From assembly GCF_018977255.1 (NCBI RefSeq), contig NW_024704757.1, forward strand, positions 6,448,001 through 6,512,000: a stretch of DNA of 64,000 nt. The letters are read 5' to 3'. Below, piece after piece: positions 51,501 through 63,484 of the stretch. Below the pieces are notes generated by a model. It had not been told where the DNA came from. It was given only the letters and a program-made list of their open reading frames with translations, and ran no database searches. How positions within the stretch are numbered: the first letter of the stretch is position 1; every line of letters starts with the position of its first letter. The DNA is from Callorhinchus milii. Lineage: Eukaryota. A program made the translations under genes and the position numbers.

Positions 51501-54500
51501 GCATTAACGTCTCCGCAAACAGTCCCGGAATCAGCCGTTGGCAAAGAGTAATGGACAATCCCAGCAGGTCTGACGCAAGCGGAGGTCCCTCAGCACTTCC
51601 CCGGCAAAAATCCCCAACCACATCCTCAACAGTATCATGTCACCGATATTGACGGGGACTTTCTGAGTGCTGGCCTCAGCTCTCCTTCCCAAGCCACTGT
51701 CCTCCGCCTGACAACCATGCAAGCCAAACTCCTTACAGGTAAGTGGTCCTGGCTGGACAAGCAGTGGGAAAGCTTGCCAGACTGTGCTCTCAAAGGCAAG
51801 CTATGTGGTTTTAGCTGGTTAGACTCCAACAGTTACACCAACGCACACTCTGGGGTCCCCAAGCCTTGGCTCTTGCCAACCTGCAGCTAATACTTTCCGG
51901 AATTAGGTAAGCAGAACATGACTCTTAATAATAACAATCCTTGCATTTGGTCGAATGCCTTGTCATGGCTTTGAGACGTCTCAAAACACTTCACAGAATA
52001 TACTGTAAAGGGAACTGATTGCATATTTTGTAGACTAATCGTAACAGCCAATTGCACACAGCAGTGTCCCAGTGTCTTGGATTGAGTGACCAAATTATTA
52101 TTATTTCTTTTGAGGGATTATCATCCCCGGAAAAGTGATCCACCAATCGACTGACAACCGGGTTCCTACTTACTGTTAGGTAAACAGAGGAGTGTGGAGT
52201 AAGGAAACTTGCCCAACGTTTCACCCCAACCAGGAATCAAACCGAGGTCCTTTTGCTTGCAAGGTGAGTGCTCTAACCCTAAGTTACCAGCACGATGATG
52301 GGTTTCCACATGCGTCACACACTTGGCTGACCAAAAAATAAGTATGGACACAGTCTCAAGCTCTGCATTGGACTGCTCGCTTTCATTTTGCTCACAGCCA
52401 CGCAGACACAACACAATGTGCTAAGCATTTAAATTCCAAAATCCACTTCCCTCTCACCCACATGCTGAACAAATGTTCCCTCCACACACACACAGTGAGT
52501 GAGCATCTGAAACAGAGGGTTAGGTTTGATCAACCCACTATGCTATCTCAACCGGGGTAGCAATGGGGGATGGGGGGGGTGATAAAAACAGAGATGTGAT
52601 AGAGCACTATATCAAATGCAAGGATTATTATTATTGATTACACAGCAGCCTGGGTTAGGAGGGGAAAGACTGAATTAAGAAAACAACATAGGGTCCTTGC
52701 TTCCAATTGTCATCTTTTGATGACAATACATGACTCATTGCCCCCATGAACAGAGCTTTCATCTATCTCTGGAATCTCCATGTGTAGGAATCATGGAATT
52801 CTCAGTTTGGTTTGGAGACTCTTAAGCATGTTGATGGCTTTCCACATGTGTCGGACACCCGGCTCACCTAAAAAAAAGCGCTTTTAATGAGAAGGAATTT
52901 GCATTTTTATAGCCCTTCGTCACAAGCAAGGATACCGCTTCACAGGTAACTGCTGTTAAGTGTAGTGACTGTGTATTTGTAGGTAAACGCAGCAGCGTTT
53001 GCACCAACAATGCCCCAAACACAGGCACGGGGTGAACAGCCAATTAACCTGGTGGATTGCTGGCTAGAACCCCAGGAAGGGAAGTGCCCTTCTCTTAACA
53101 ACATTACAGGAACTTTAACATCCAGCTGAAAAACAGGCGAGTGAGTCCGCGGGTGAGTCTGCAGTTTAATGTCTCACCCGACCAACTGCTAATGCAGCGT
53201 TCATCCTCAGCCTAGATAAATTGTCCTGTTGGGTAGTGTACTGGTTAGCTTTGTAAGCGAGAGGACCCTTGTAAGCGAGAGGACCTGAGTTCGATTCCCA
53301 GGCAGGGCGAAATCTTAGGCAAGTTTCCTTACTCCACACACCTCTGTTTACCTAGGAGTAAGTAGGGACCCAGTTGTTAGTTGATTTGGTTGACTGCTTT
53401 CTAGGGAAAATAATCTCTCCAAAAAAGAATTTGGTCACTCAATCTACAACCGTTTGTGGAACACTGCTGTGCACAATTGGCTGCCGCATTTTGTCCACAA
53501 AATAAAGAGTCAATTCACTTTACAATATATTCTGTTAAACTCTTTGAGAAGTCCCAACGATGTGATAAGGCGCTGTATGAAATGCAAGGATTATTATTAT
53601 ATCGCCTCAGCCATTCAGGTGCCCAGCAGCACATTCCTACCAGATTTGAAACTCGAAGCAAAGGCACGTGCCCAGCATGTGGTTTACGAGGGTGAAGTGA
53701 ACAATTCAATACAAATTTCTGCACAATAACCCGCTGCCAACTGACTAGACTAACTAACTAAAGCTCCCCCTAACCTCATTTACCTTCGGGGGGCAAATTG
53801 TTGCCCTTTCGCTGAAGACAAGCACAAGCAATTTTAAAAACACACACAAAAGAACAGAAAATAGGCTAAATGCACTTCACCCATAGCAATGCCACTTTTA
53901 AATAGAATAAGCGCAGTAAAAATAGCAGCAGTTTCAAATTTCATTCCATCCATTTCTCCACCATACCATACAAAACTAGAGCCCGGGTGAACAAATATTC
54001 TCTCTCTTTGAAGAATTTGTCCCAGACCAAAAAAAACACACATCACAGAAAAAAATAACATTTGACATTTTATATACTGCAGCTTAGAAACTTGCAAGTT
54101 GACACATTCTTGTGCAGTTACAGTGTGAATTCTAGTTACTTTCCTCCCCCCCACCCACCCACCCCCCAAAAAAAATTCCCTTTTTCTGAACCTCACAGAG
54201 TAAATCTTAATCTCGATACTTTCCAAGAACCTCAGAGCAACACTGCCACGTCTATCTTCTCGCCAAATACCCCCCAAACTCTGTAGAAACTTTTACTACC
54301 TTTTTTTTAAAGTTTTTTTTAAAAAAAATCAGTTGGGAGTTCATCTTATTTCCCCTCCTCATCTCTCTCTCTCTCTCTCTTATATCTCACAGATAATTTG
54401 ATTTTTATTCAAACTCCTACCTTTGACTTTAACTTTTAACTAAACACGAAAATCTACTTCGTTTAGTTTCGATCCATAAAGCTGGAGATTTCATTAGTGT

Positions 54501-55347
54501 CGGAATCACCCGCATTTTTGTTCAAATCGTTTTAGTTTTTTTTGGGGGGAGGGGGGATCTTATTCTTGCTGCAAATCTTTGTTTAATTGTGTGTTGGATG
54601 GGGGGGAGAAAGAGAGAGAGAGAGGGAGGGAGGGAGGTGTAAAAATCCTACCTTTTTTGAAAAAAAGTTGAACATCTCATGATTAAGTGGAAGTTTAGTT
54701 CAAAACTTTATCTTTCCTGGATGGGTGGGTGAAATCTTTTTCTAAAACTTTGGCCTTTTTTTTGTAATTGATTTAATGAATTAATTGGGGAAAGTTCAAA
54801 CCTGAGGATTTAAGGTGTTGCTATTTCTATGAAAGAAAGAAAAAAAAATCAANNNNNNNNNNNNNNNNNNNNNNNNNNNNNNNNNNNNNNNNNNNNNNNN
54901 NNNNNNNNNNNNNNNNNNNNNNNNNNNNNNNNNNNNNNNNNNNNNNNNNNNNNNNNNNNNNNNNNNNNNNNNNNNNNNNNNNNNNNNNNNNNNNNNNNNN
55001 NNNNNNNNNNNNNNNNNNNNNNNNNNNNNNNNNNNNNNNNNNNNNNNNNNNNNNNNNNNNNNNNNNNNNNNNNNNNNNNNNNNNNNNNNNNNNNNNNNNN
55101 NNNNNNNNNNNNNNNNNNNNNGAGAGGGAGGGAGACACACAGAGAGAGGGAGGGAGACAGAGAGAGGGAAGGAGGGAGACAGACAGAGAGAGGGAAGGAG
55201 GGAGACAGACAGACAGACAGAGAGAGGGAAGGAGACAGACAGACAGAGAGGAGGAGAGAGGTAGAGAGGGGGAAGAGAGAGGGAGAAGTTGCAAGCTTTG
55301 CAAGCCAACCCCACCAAGCTCTTACCTTCGTTAACTTCAGGCTCCAT
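42561..55347 (-). CDS. SNX8: Sorting nexin-8 (PX-BAR, Mvp1 family), about 525 aa. Exons: 55326-55347, 51163-51290, 50628-50757, 50263-50450, 49640-49757, 48828-48949, 48061-48141, 47480-47640, 45539-45671, 44517-44585, 44094-44243, 43344-43493, 42561-42686.
   Basis: [34 protein letters not shown]...[14 protein letters not shown] (PX); [18 protein letters not shown]...[19 protein letters not shown] (BAR). 1578 nt in one open frame using one GC-AG intron. The 22-nt first exon is the least certain part. Confidence 0.95.
47683..48035 (-). mobile_element. Full-length copy of the dominant tRNA-SINE
   Basis: Reverse-complemented head (gggaatcgaatccgggtcctc...gtgctctaa) through to the (TAA)n tail. 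Confidence 0.88.
51927..52285 (-). mobile_element. Full-length copy of the dominant tRNA-SINE
   Basis: Same head, body and tail as 47683-48035. Confidence 0.85.
53225..53601 (+). mobile_element. Near full-length tRNA-derived SINE with a Deu-like body and L2-type (TTA)n tail; the dominant repeat of the window
   Basis: tRNA-like head (gagttcgattccc B box), gtttgtggaacactgctgtgcacaattggctgcc body, ...gcgctgtatgaaatgcaaggattattatt tail. More than 20 related copies, e.g. 18026-18212, 19685-19935, 31665-31833, 36055-36280, 45748-46015, 46454-46655, 60533-60725, 61158-61325. Confidence 0.88.
54853..55121. other. Assembly gap (269 N) in SNX8 intron 1, next to GA-rich low-complexity sequence
   Basis: Run of N; (GA)/(GACA)-rich tract at 55122-55285. 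Confidence 0.99.
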
Positions 55348-55719
55348 GTCCAGGCTCCTCCAGTCATGTGAGTGTTGCCGTGTGATTATCTCAGGACCAA
55401 GAAACAACACACCTATTAAACATTAAATTGTAAATCCCACCCACACCCCCACACCCCACACACACACTCACCCCACACACACACACACACAAAAAGCCAC
55501 AAAGTATTTCAAGAGGATTTTCATTCAAAGTGTTTTTGTCTCTCTCTCTCTCCTCTCTCTGTTAAGACATCTTTATATATATATATATATATATATATAT
55601 TTTCCTCTCTCCCCTTTTTGTTGGTGGTGGTGTTGGGGGTAAAAAGTTTATAACTTTTTTTAAAAAAACTGTTCAATGAAACTTTTTGTCTGATTTCTCA
55701 GGCAGGTAGGGGTTCCAGC

Positions 55720-55860
55720 CCTGGTGCGCATGCGTGGCCCAGCCTGGTACCCGCCCCCTTCCCCTCGCCCCGCCCCCTTCCCCATCGCCCCGCCCCTTCC
55801 CCATCGCCCCGCCCCCTTCCCCATCGCCCCGCCCCTCCCAGGAGGAATCGATTGGCTTCA
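55720..55860 (-). promoter_or_regulatory. Candidate SNX8 promoter: NRF1 motif TGCGCATGCG (55725-55734), tandem GC boxes (CCCCGCCCC in a ~20-bp repeat), CCAAT (55851-55855)
   Basis: Motif cluster about 400 bp upstream of the SNX8 ATG. Confidence 0.55.
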
Positions 55861-56299
55861 GGGGCCGACTGAAACCCCCCCCCCACAACAACAACAACAA
55901 CAACAAGATTCCATTTATAGAGCGCCTTTCACGTCGGGAGGACGTCCCGAGGCGCTGGACAGTTGGGTCGGGACCCGAGGAAGGGGGAAATGGTCAGGGT
56001 GAGGGGAGGGAAGGGAGGGGGCGAGGAGGGGGGAGAGAGTCGAGAGGGGAGCTGAAGGCACGGTCAGAGAGAAAGGTCTTGAGACCGGCCTTGAAGGAGG
56101 AAAGGGAGGAAGCGGCGAAGGCACTGGGGGATGGAGTTCCCAACCCCCACCAACAGCGGAGTTTTAATAATAATCCTTGCAATTTGATGCAGCGCTTCAC
56201 CACGAAGCAAAAAACGGGAATACTCTGCAGGTCAGGGCGGCCTCTGTGGAGGGAGGAAAGCGAGTCAACGTTTCGGGTCCCCGAGCCTTGGTCGGAACG

Positions 56300-56680
56300 T
56301 GAGTTTCCGCACGCGTCAGACACACCGTCTGGGACACACGTGGAAAAAGACACACACGTGTGGAAACCCGTCGCCATGCTTAAGAGTATCCAAACCAAGT
56401 TGGGATTCCTGTGCATCCCAGTGACGGATGGAAATCCCAGAGACAGATTGTTGAAATGGAATGCGCTCTCTCTCTCTCTCTCTCCTTAGAGGGACGCATT
56501 CTGCTTAACTAATTCCGGGAAGTATTAGGTGCAGGTTGGCAAGAGCCAAGGCTTGGGGGGACCCCGAGTGTTCGTTGGGGTAACTGGTGGAGTCTAACCA
56601 GCTAAAACTGCACAGCTTGCCATTGATATCGCAGCCTGGCAAAACTTCCCACTTCTTATGAAGCTGGGACCACACTACCC
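56300..56680. mobile_element. Unclassified ~400-bp interspersed repeat with an internal (GA)n. Copies at about 30150-30435, 42825-43140, 44740-44850, 45185-45520, 49880-50110, 51720-51920, 52760-52865, 58310-58560 and 61430-61740.
   Basis: Recurring blocks ggtcctagctggacaagcag / ggcaagct.tg.ggttttagctggttagactcc / ccttggctcttgccaacctgc..ctaatactttccggaattag / ttggtttggatactcttaagca, in both orientations. Confidence 0.8.
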
Positions 56681-56861
56681 AAAGCACTTATTTGAAGTGT
56701 AGTGACTGTGTATTTTGTAGGAAATACATGAACAATTTGCCCGCAGCGACGTCCCGCAAACAGCCATGAAGTGAATGATCAATCTTTATCTGCGGAGATA
56801 TTGACCATGACACAAGATGGGCCATTGGTTTAACTGCTCAAGTGAAGAGCGGGACCTTTGT

Positions 56862-57562
56862 CACTCTCTCACACACGCACACACACACGGACTCTGACAC
56901 TCTCACACACACTCTTGACACGCTTACACACACTCTACTCTGACACTCTTACACATACACTGACACTCACACACACTGACACTCTTACACACGCACACAC
57001 ACACTGACACCCACTCTGACACTCTTACACACACACTCTGACTCTTACACACACACTGACACTCTGATACACACACACACTGACACACATACACAGACAC
57101 TCTTACACACACACACACACTGACACTCTTACACACACACTGACACTCTTACACACACACACACTGACACTCTTACACACACACACACTGACACTCTTAC
57201 ACACACACACACACTGACACTCTTACACACACACACACTGACACTCTCACACACACACACACTGACACTCTTACACACACACACACTGACACTCTTACAC
57301 ACACACACACTGACACTCTTACACACACACACACACTGACACTCTCACACACACACACTGACACTCTTACACACACACACACTGACACTCTTACACACAC
57401 ACACACACTGACACTCTTACACACACACACACACACTGACACTCTTACACACACACACACTGACACTCTTACACACACACACACACACACTGACACTCTT
57501 ACACACACACACACACTGACACTCTTACACACACACACACTGACACTCTTACGCACACACTC
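56862..57562. repeat. Compound minisatellite TGACACTCTT(AC)n, roughly 25 copies
   Basis: Directly visible array between the SNX8 and IQCE 5' ends. Confidence 0.95.
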
Positions 57563-57599
57563 GCTGTGACACATACACTGCGACACTTCCACACACAAT

Positions 57600-57970
57600 T
57601 CCGACATTCTCTCGATTGTACACGCGCACCGCACCGTTCGTTCAGCCGATCACTCCGGGAAAGCTGACAGTCGGCCCGCGGCGGCGGCGGCGGTTGTCCT
57701 TTGGCCGTTGCCATAGACTCGCCGTCAAACAGCTCCGGGCGCCGCCGACATGTCGCTGGCGGCGGTTGAGGGGACCGAGGAGGAGGAGGAGGAGGAGGAG
57801 GAGGAGCGGGTGAGGCCCCCGGTGACCAGGGCTGCAAGTCTGGAGAGAGGACCCGGGAGAGGCCTCGGGCTCTGGTCTCCCTGGAACCCCGACAATCCCC
57901 CCTCCTCCCCGGGCAGCCTCATCCCAGCCCCCCCCCCCCCCCCCACAGGGGGCCGCAGACCAGTCACTGG
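57600..57970 (+). promoter_or_regulatory. CpG island at the IQCE 5' end, with a short (GCG)n run in the 5' UTR
   Basis: CpG-dense stretch around the IQCE ATG (GACATGT). Confidence 0.6.
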
Positions 57971-60900
57971 GGACAGGGACTCCTCCCGCTCAGCTCCTGT
58001 TAGACCTGCAACAACAGCAACAACTTGTATTTACACAGCGCCCTTCACACGGGACAGCGTCCCAGAGCGCTAAACGGTGGCGGAGAGAGCCTGACGCCGA
58101 GCTGGGGAGGGGGGGGGGAGGGGGAGGTCGAAGAGGAAGGTCCTTGAGCGCGACCTGACGATGGGGGAAGACGAAGGGTTCGAGGGTTCGGGGGTTTCGG
58201 GGCGTAGCAGCTGGAAGTCCGGCTGCCGGTGGCGGAGCGCAGGGGACGAGGGCCAGAGCCAGTTGAGCAGAGGCAGCGAGTGGCGGGTTGGGAGGTGCCC
58301 GGGGGGGGGGGGAGGTGGTCCTGGCTGGACAAGCAGCAGGAAACCTTGCCAGACGGCGCTCTTAATGGCAAGCTGTGCGGTTTGAGCTGGTTAGACTCCA
58401 GCAGTTACCCCCCAATGCACACTCTGGGCCCCCCCCCAGCCTTGGCTCTTGCCAATCTACACCCAATACGCTCCGGTAGTAGGTAAGCGGGATGTGTCCC
58501 TCCGAGGAGAGAGAGAGAGAGAGTGCGCTTTCCATTCCAGACATGGAATCGTCCACGCGTTGGTGACGTATGTAATGGTGTTTCTCTTTTCCAGGGCGAG
58601 GACACACTAACCATCATTACCAACGAATCTGACACCAGCAAGGTAATGCCTTCCGTGCATCCCAACGCCTCCCCACCTCCCTCCTTTCCCTGTCTTCAGA
58701 TTGCACCAAAAGACTTTCCTCTTCAACCATGCCTATGGTCACCTCCCCTTTCTCCCCTGCTCGGTGTCAAACTCCGCCACTGTTAAGCGCCCCGAGACCT
58801 GAAAGTGCTGTGTTGCTGCTGAAGGCCCCCCCCACACACGCACAAAATTTACCCCACTTTGCCTCTGCCGGTGGGTAGGATGGGGTTGAAGTGAACTGTA
58901 AGATAATAAAAGGGAAAGTATCAAATTTGTGACATGGTTTGTTTTCCTTACCCAGAAACCCAGGAAGAGGGCAAGTGGCAAACCTCCCATATCCCCAAGT
59001 GAGTAACAACAACCCAGCTTGGGGGTCTGACCCAGGACAAAATTAGTGTCTCTCAATCCCTTGTTACAATCCACAACTTTTTCAGAACTCTCTGCACTTG
59101 AAGGCAATAATTTCAAGTCATTCTGTGTCTTTCCTGGCCGAATGGGTGGGTGGGGGGGGTGGCTTGAATATAAGATTAAAAATCCTTGCATTTGATAAGC
59201 CATTTTAAGGTAGATCTAATAGGGTGGTCGGAGCGTGGAACTCACTGTCGTAAAGTGTGGCTGAAGGAAAAAACTTCAACGTATTTGAGAGGGAGGAATA
59301 GGAGGATCGAGCACTCGTGCGGGTGGGGGGAACACTGAAACGGAAGATTGAGGCTGAATGAGCTCCCTCTGTGTAACTATGTATCCGGGGAGATGGGGTT
59401 TATTATATTTTAAAATAATAATCCTTGCGTTATTGCAACGACGTGACAAGGAGTCATTTGATATGAGACGTCTCAAATCGCTTCACAGAATGTACTGTAA
59501 AGTGGATTGATTGTGTACTTTGGGCGAAATCCCTGACTTTTGTGTATTTTATATTTTGCGGATCCCTGACTGTCCTGCGCCTTGGACGTCCTCCTAACGT
59601 GAAAGGCGCTAAACAAATATAATTTGTTGTTGTTGAAATGCGGCAGCCAATTGCACATAGCAATTGGTTTAATCAGAATGGGTTCCTTACCTTTGATAGG
59701 AATCGTGCTGTATTATTGCATTCCTGGTTACCGACTGACTCCTCCTTTCACTCAGAATCCCCATATCTCTCCAACTCGTGTCTGCAGCCAAAGAAATCTC
59801 CAGTTTGGCATTCACTAACGGGAAGGATGCAAGCGCACCATCCGTCAGCCAAGGTCCCCAGAGAGCTGTGGCTGACATCGCTCAGGCAGGATCTGGGTGA
59901 GTGAGGGACAGGGCGTTGGGAGATGCAGAGCGGGGGGGGGGGGGGGAACGCCCCCTGGTGTCACCCTGACTCGAAGACATCTGGGCTCCTCTCAGCTCAA
60001 AGTGGGTTTTAGATGTTTTTATCGGTGTCATTCGTTGTGACAAACTCTTGATGGATCCGTTTGGAAAACAGAGTGAGAGAGCAGTGACAGTCTACCCTAC
60101 CGGCAATTCAAACTGCAGAGATGTTGGGTTTTATTTCACATTTGGGGACGTCTATGACAACAACAACTTGTATTTATGTAGCGCCTTTCATGCGGTATAG
60201 TGTCTTGGAGCACTTAAAAGTGCCGGAGCCTGTCGCCAAGCTTAGGGGAGGTGACGATCTTCAGGCGAGATCTGAAAATGGGGAAGGAGGGGGCGAGGCA
60301 GAGGGATTGAGGGAGAGAATTCTTATCCAGTTCCTCTTATTGTCATCGTCGCAGGTGTGACACGGTCCCAGAACTCGGAGTACAACTCCGGAGCTAGCCG
60401 CAGTGTGAGCCGTGCCAGCACCACCCCCGAGTACCTGAAAGAAGCTTTCGGCATGAGAAAGCCAAAACATTCCCGGTTGGCTAAAAACGGTGAGTTTGCC
60501 TTTGGGAAGGGCCAGGTCCCATTTGGCACATCATAATAATAACAATAATCCTTGGATTTCAAACTGCAGCTTATCACGTCATTGAGTCGTCTCAAAGCGC
60601 TTCACAGAATATGTTGCAAAGTGGATTGACTGCATTTTGTGGTCGAAATGTGGTAGCTAATTGCGCACAGCAGTGCCCCAAATTTGTGCATTGAGTGACT
60701 TTTTTTGAGGGATTATTACCCAAAAATAGGCTTGATGGGCTGAATGGCCTCCTCTTGGTTTCTAACCCTTTGCTGCCTGAGCTGTTTCTGAGCCTGTCTG
60801 TCATGCTCTCTGCAGGCTACGTCCCCGGCACGCCCAACTACAAGGAGAGAGAAGACATGTACGATGAGATCATCAAACTGAAGAAAGTGAGTCTTCGGAG

Positions 60901-63345
60901 AGACCAGCTCCTCCCTAGCTAGCCTGGTGTTTGCAAGAAATGGGACTGAGGGTTACAGGATAAATGGGGGCACCCAGTGGTTTAAAGTGAGCTGGACCGC
61001 TCTAGAGTGAGGCCCCAATTGTGAACAAATTCTTGTTTCTCTTCTCTTCCCTCCCCACCCAAAAAAAAATCTGTTGATCCTCTGTGGCAGCCTCAGTAAT
61101 CGGCCGTTTACTGAGCCGGATGGGTCTGCAATGCTCCAAGGTGTTGCTGGTGACAGATAATAATAATAACAATAATAATCCTTGTATTTGATATAGCACC
61201 TTATCACGTCTTTGAGATGTCTCAAAGCGCTTCACCAAATATAATGTAAAGTGAATTGGCTGTATACTTTGTGGGCGAAATGCAGCAGCCAAATGCATAC
61301 AGCGGTGTCCCACAAACAGTCATGGATCAGCCAACCTTGCTGGTTGGGAGAGCTTAGAGGAGCAGAACAGTCACTGGGAGGTTGGATTCTGCCCACTCAA
61401 CTCCTGTTACCACTGCAAGAAAAGCCCCAACAAGTAGTGTGGTCCTAGCTGGTCAAGCAAGAGGAACTTATAATAATATAATAAGGAATATATCAGGCAG
61501 CGCTTGTAATTTAAAGTGATGTGGTTTTAACTGATTAAATTCCCCCATTCTGGGGTTCCCACACCATCACTCTTGCCAACTGGCGTTGAATACTTTGCGG
61601 AATTAGGTAAGATCTGAAAATGGGGAGAGTGTAGGCACCTTGTTACACACAAAAGAAATTACCATGTGAAGGTAACATACATAGGTGACCTCAAGCTGGT
61701 GTGGATACTCTATGTGTGGTGTTGGGTTTCCATGTGTGCCAGACGCCAAAAAGACAAGAACTCAACTTTACTACAATTCAATACAATGGGGAGTGTTTGT
61801 GTATGCGCCATCACACATCAATCGTGTACGTGTGTGTGCATGTGTGTCAGAGTATGAGTGTACGTGGGTGTGATGTGAACACACCATTAGACTGAACGAA
61901 TGCAACTCAATCCACTTGGGACCAACCAATACACATTACTAATTCATCTTTGTCCATGTGTTGGCATTTTCCCCCACCCCCCAACCCAAGGTGATCCAAG
62001 CTCACAAGACTGAGAATGATGTCACGAAAACTAAGCTCAGACGATCAGAGGAGGAGAACAGCAAAAAGGAGAAGCATATCGAACAGCTCTTGGACCCTTC
62101 CAAGGTACTGCACACTGGCCATTCACAAGTTGAGTGAGAGGCCTGTGGTCAAAGGGATACTTCCCAAGTCCTTGCTCACCAAGAGGCCGTGTTTAACTTT
62201 CCAGTCTTTGCTCTTAAAACAACAACGTGCATATATAATGCTATATTATATATATATATAGTGCATATATAATACAAATATATATAATGCTCTTCTCGTG
62301 GGGCAACGTCTCAGCTTAACAGTCGAGTCGGCTTTGTTCCATATGACCAGGGCCCTTCTGGATTAATGTCAAATATGGCAAAGAAAAACTTGTTCAATAG
62401 CTGGTGTCTGTGAAGATGTTGAGGCATATGGAGCAAAGGCGGGTAAATGTAGATGAGGTCCAGATCAGCTATGATCTAACAGAATGGCAGAACAGGCTGG
62501 AGGGGCTGAATGGCCTACTCCTGTTCTTATATCAGTCGATTTGCAGTGTATTACCTGGGTGTGAATTCCAGGACAGCCTCTGACCAACAAGGTCCGTGAA
62601 TTTACCGACCTCCGAAGGCTGAACCAACCCTTTTTGTGCTTTTCTTTTCTTGGTCTTTACAGAGTTCGGAATACACCAGGAGTCTGGTTGACAAGAACAA
62701 CGTCAATGGGGTGAGTGAGGCGATTTCCCATGTGTTTGTAGAAATGAGACTCATGTGAAGCAAAGCCTGCTCAAAGTAGCCGTTGTCAAACAAGCCGGCC
62801 GTTTAGGATTGAGCCGATGCTATAAACTTCTTTAACTGATGGTGTGAATTTATAAATTCTTCATGGTTTCTCCTGGGGCTAGTGTAAGTGACTTAAGCTA
62901 TCTACCTATGCCCCTGTGAAGCCAATGGATGATGTTGCCTGTCATATCCCAAACTCGCCCACCCCCCCCATCCCATATCTCCGTTTCCAGCTCCTCAGAC
63001 TCCACAGGATCTAACCTGCATCTCAATTTCCTCCGATGCCCAGCCCTCGCTGAGTTGGCTGATTTCAGCAAAGGGGGTGCCAATGGTCAATACTCACAGC
63101 CTCATTGTCCCTGAGCTAGGTAACGGGAATGTCAGCCAGAGTTCCCGTTCCTCAACTCTATTCAGTGATCCCTTGATCTGGGGAACTTTATCCCAGTGGG
63201 AGTCAGTAACTTCTGGGAAAGAGAAGTAAACAGAGGGAAAGAGGATAATTCAAATTTTGTCTGTTTTCTTCCAGATTGTACGTGGATTGAAACAGAAAAT
63301 CTTGAAGCTAGAGCAACAATGCAGAGAGAAGGAGAACTCTTTGAA
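57750..63345 (+). CDS. IQCE: IQ motif containing E, 5' part. Exons: 57750-57809, 58595-58642, 58956-58998, 59756-59896, 60355-60489, 60816-60886, 61991-62104, 62663-62710, 63275-63345. Continues beyond the window.
   Basis: KSPYLS..., GYVPGTPNYKEREDMYDEIIKLKK, TKLRRSEEENSKKEKHIEQLLDPSK and IVRGLKQKILKLEQQCREKE match IQCE (human GHVPGTPVYREKEDMYDEIIELKK). All GT-AG with consistent phases. Confidence 0.92.
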
Positions 63346-63484
63346 GTAAGTTAGCCTGACAATGGGAGGTGAGGGGGGAGCGTGATAAGGTACTATATCA
63401 AATGCAAGGATTATTATATTATACTATTTTGCACCATGTGTAGATTAGTCCCAGTGACGCAGAAGGAATTACAAGTGCTCTTAA

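Noticed and set aside
54796-55410. ORFs spanning the N gap
   Set aside because: They are open only because of the Ns and GA repeats.
56862-57562. Repeat-spacer-like array suggestive of CRISPR
   Set aside because: The spacers are just (AC)n, the context is eukaryotic, and there are no cas genes.
58700-58790. Apparent acceptor and open frame after IQCE exon 2
   Set aside because: The sequence is an L2 3' UTR remnant; exon 58956-58998 matches IQCE better.
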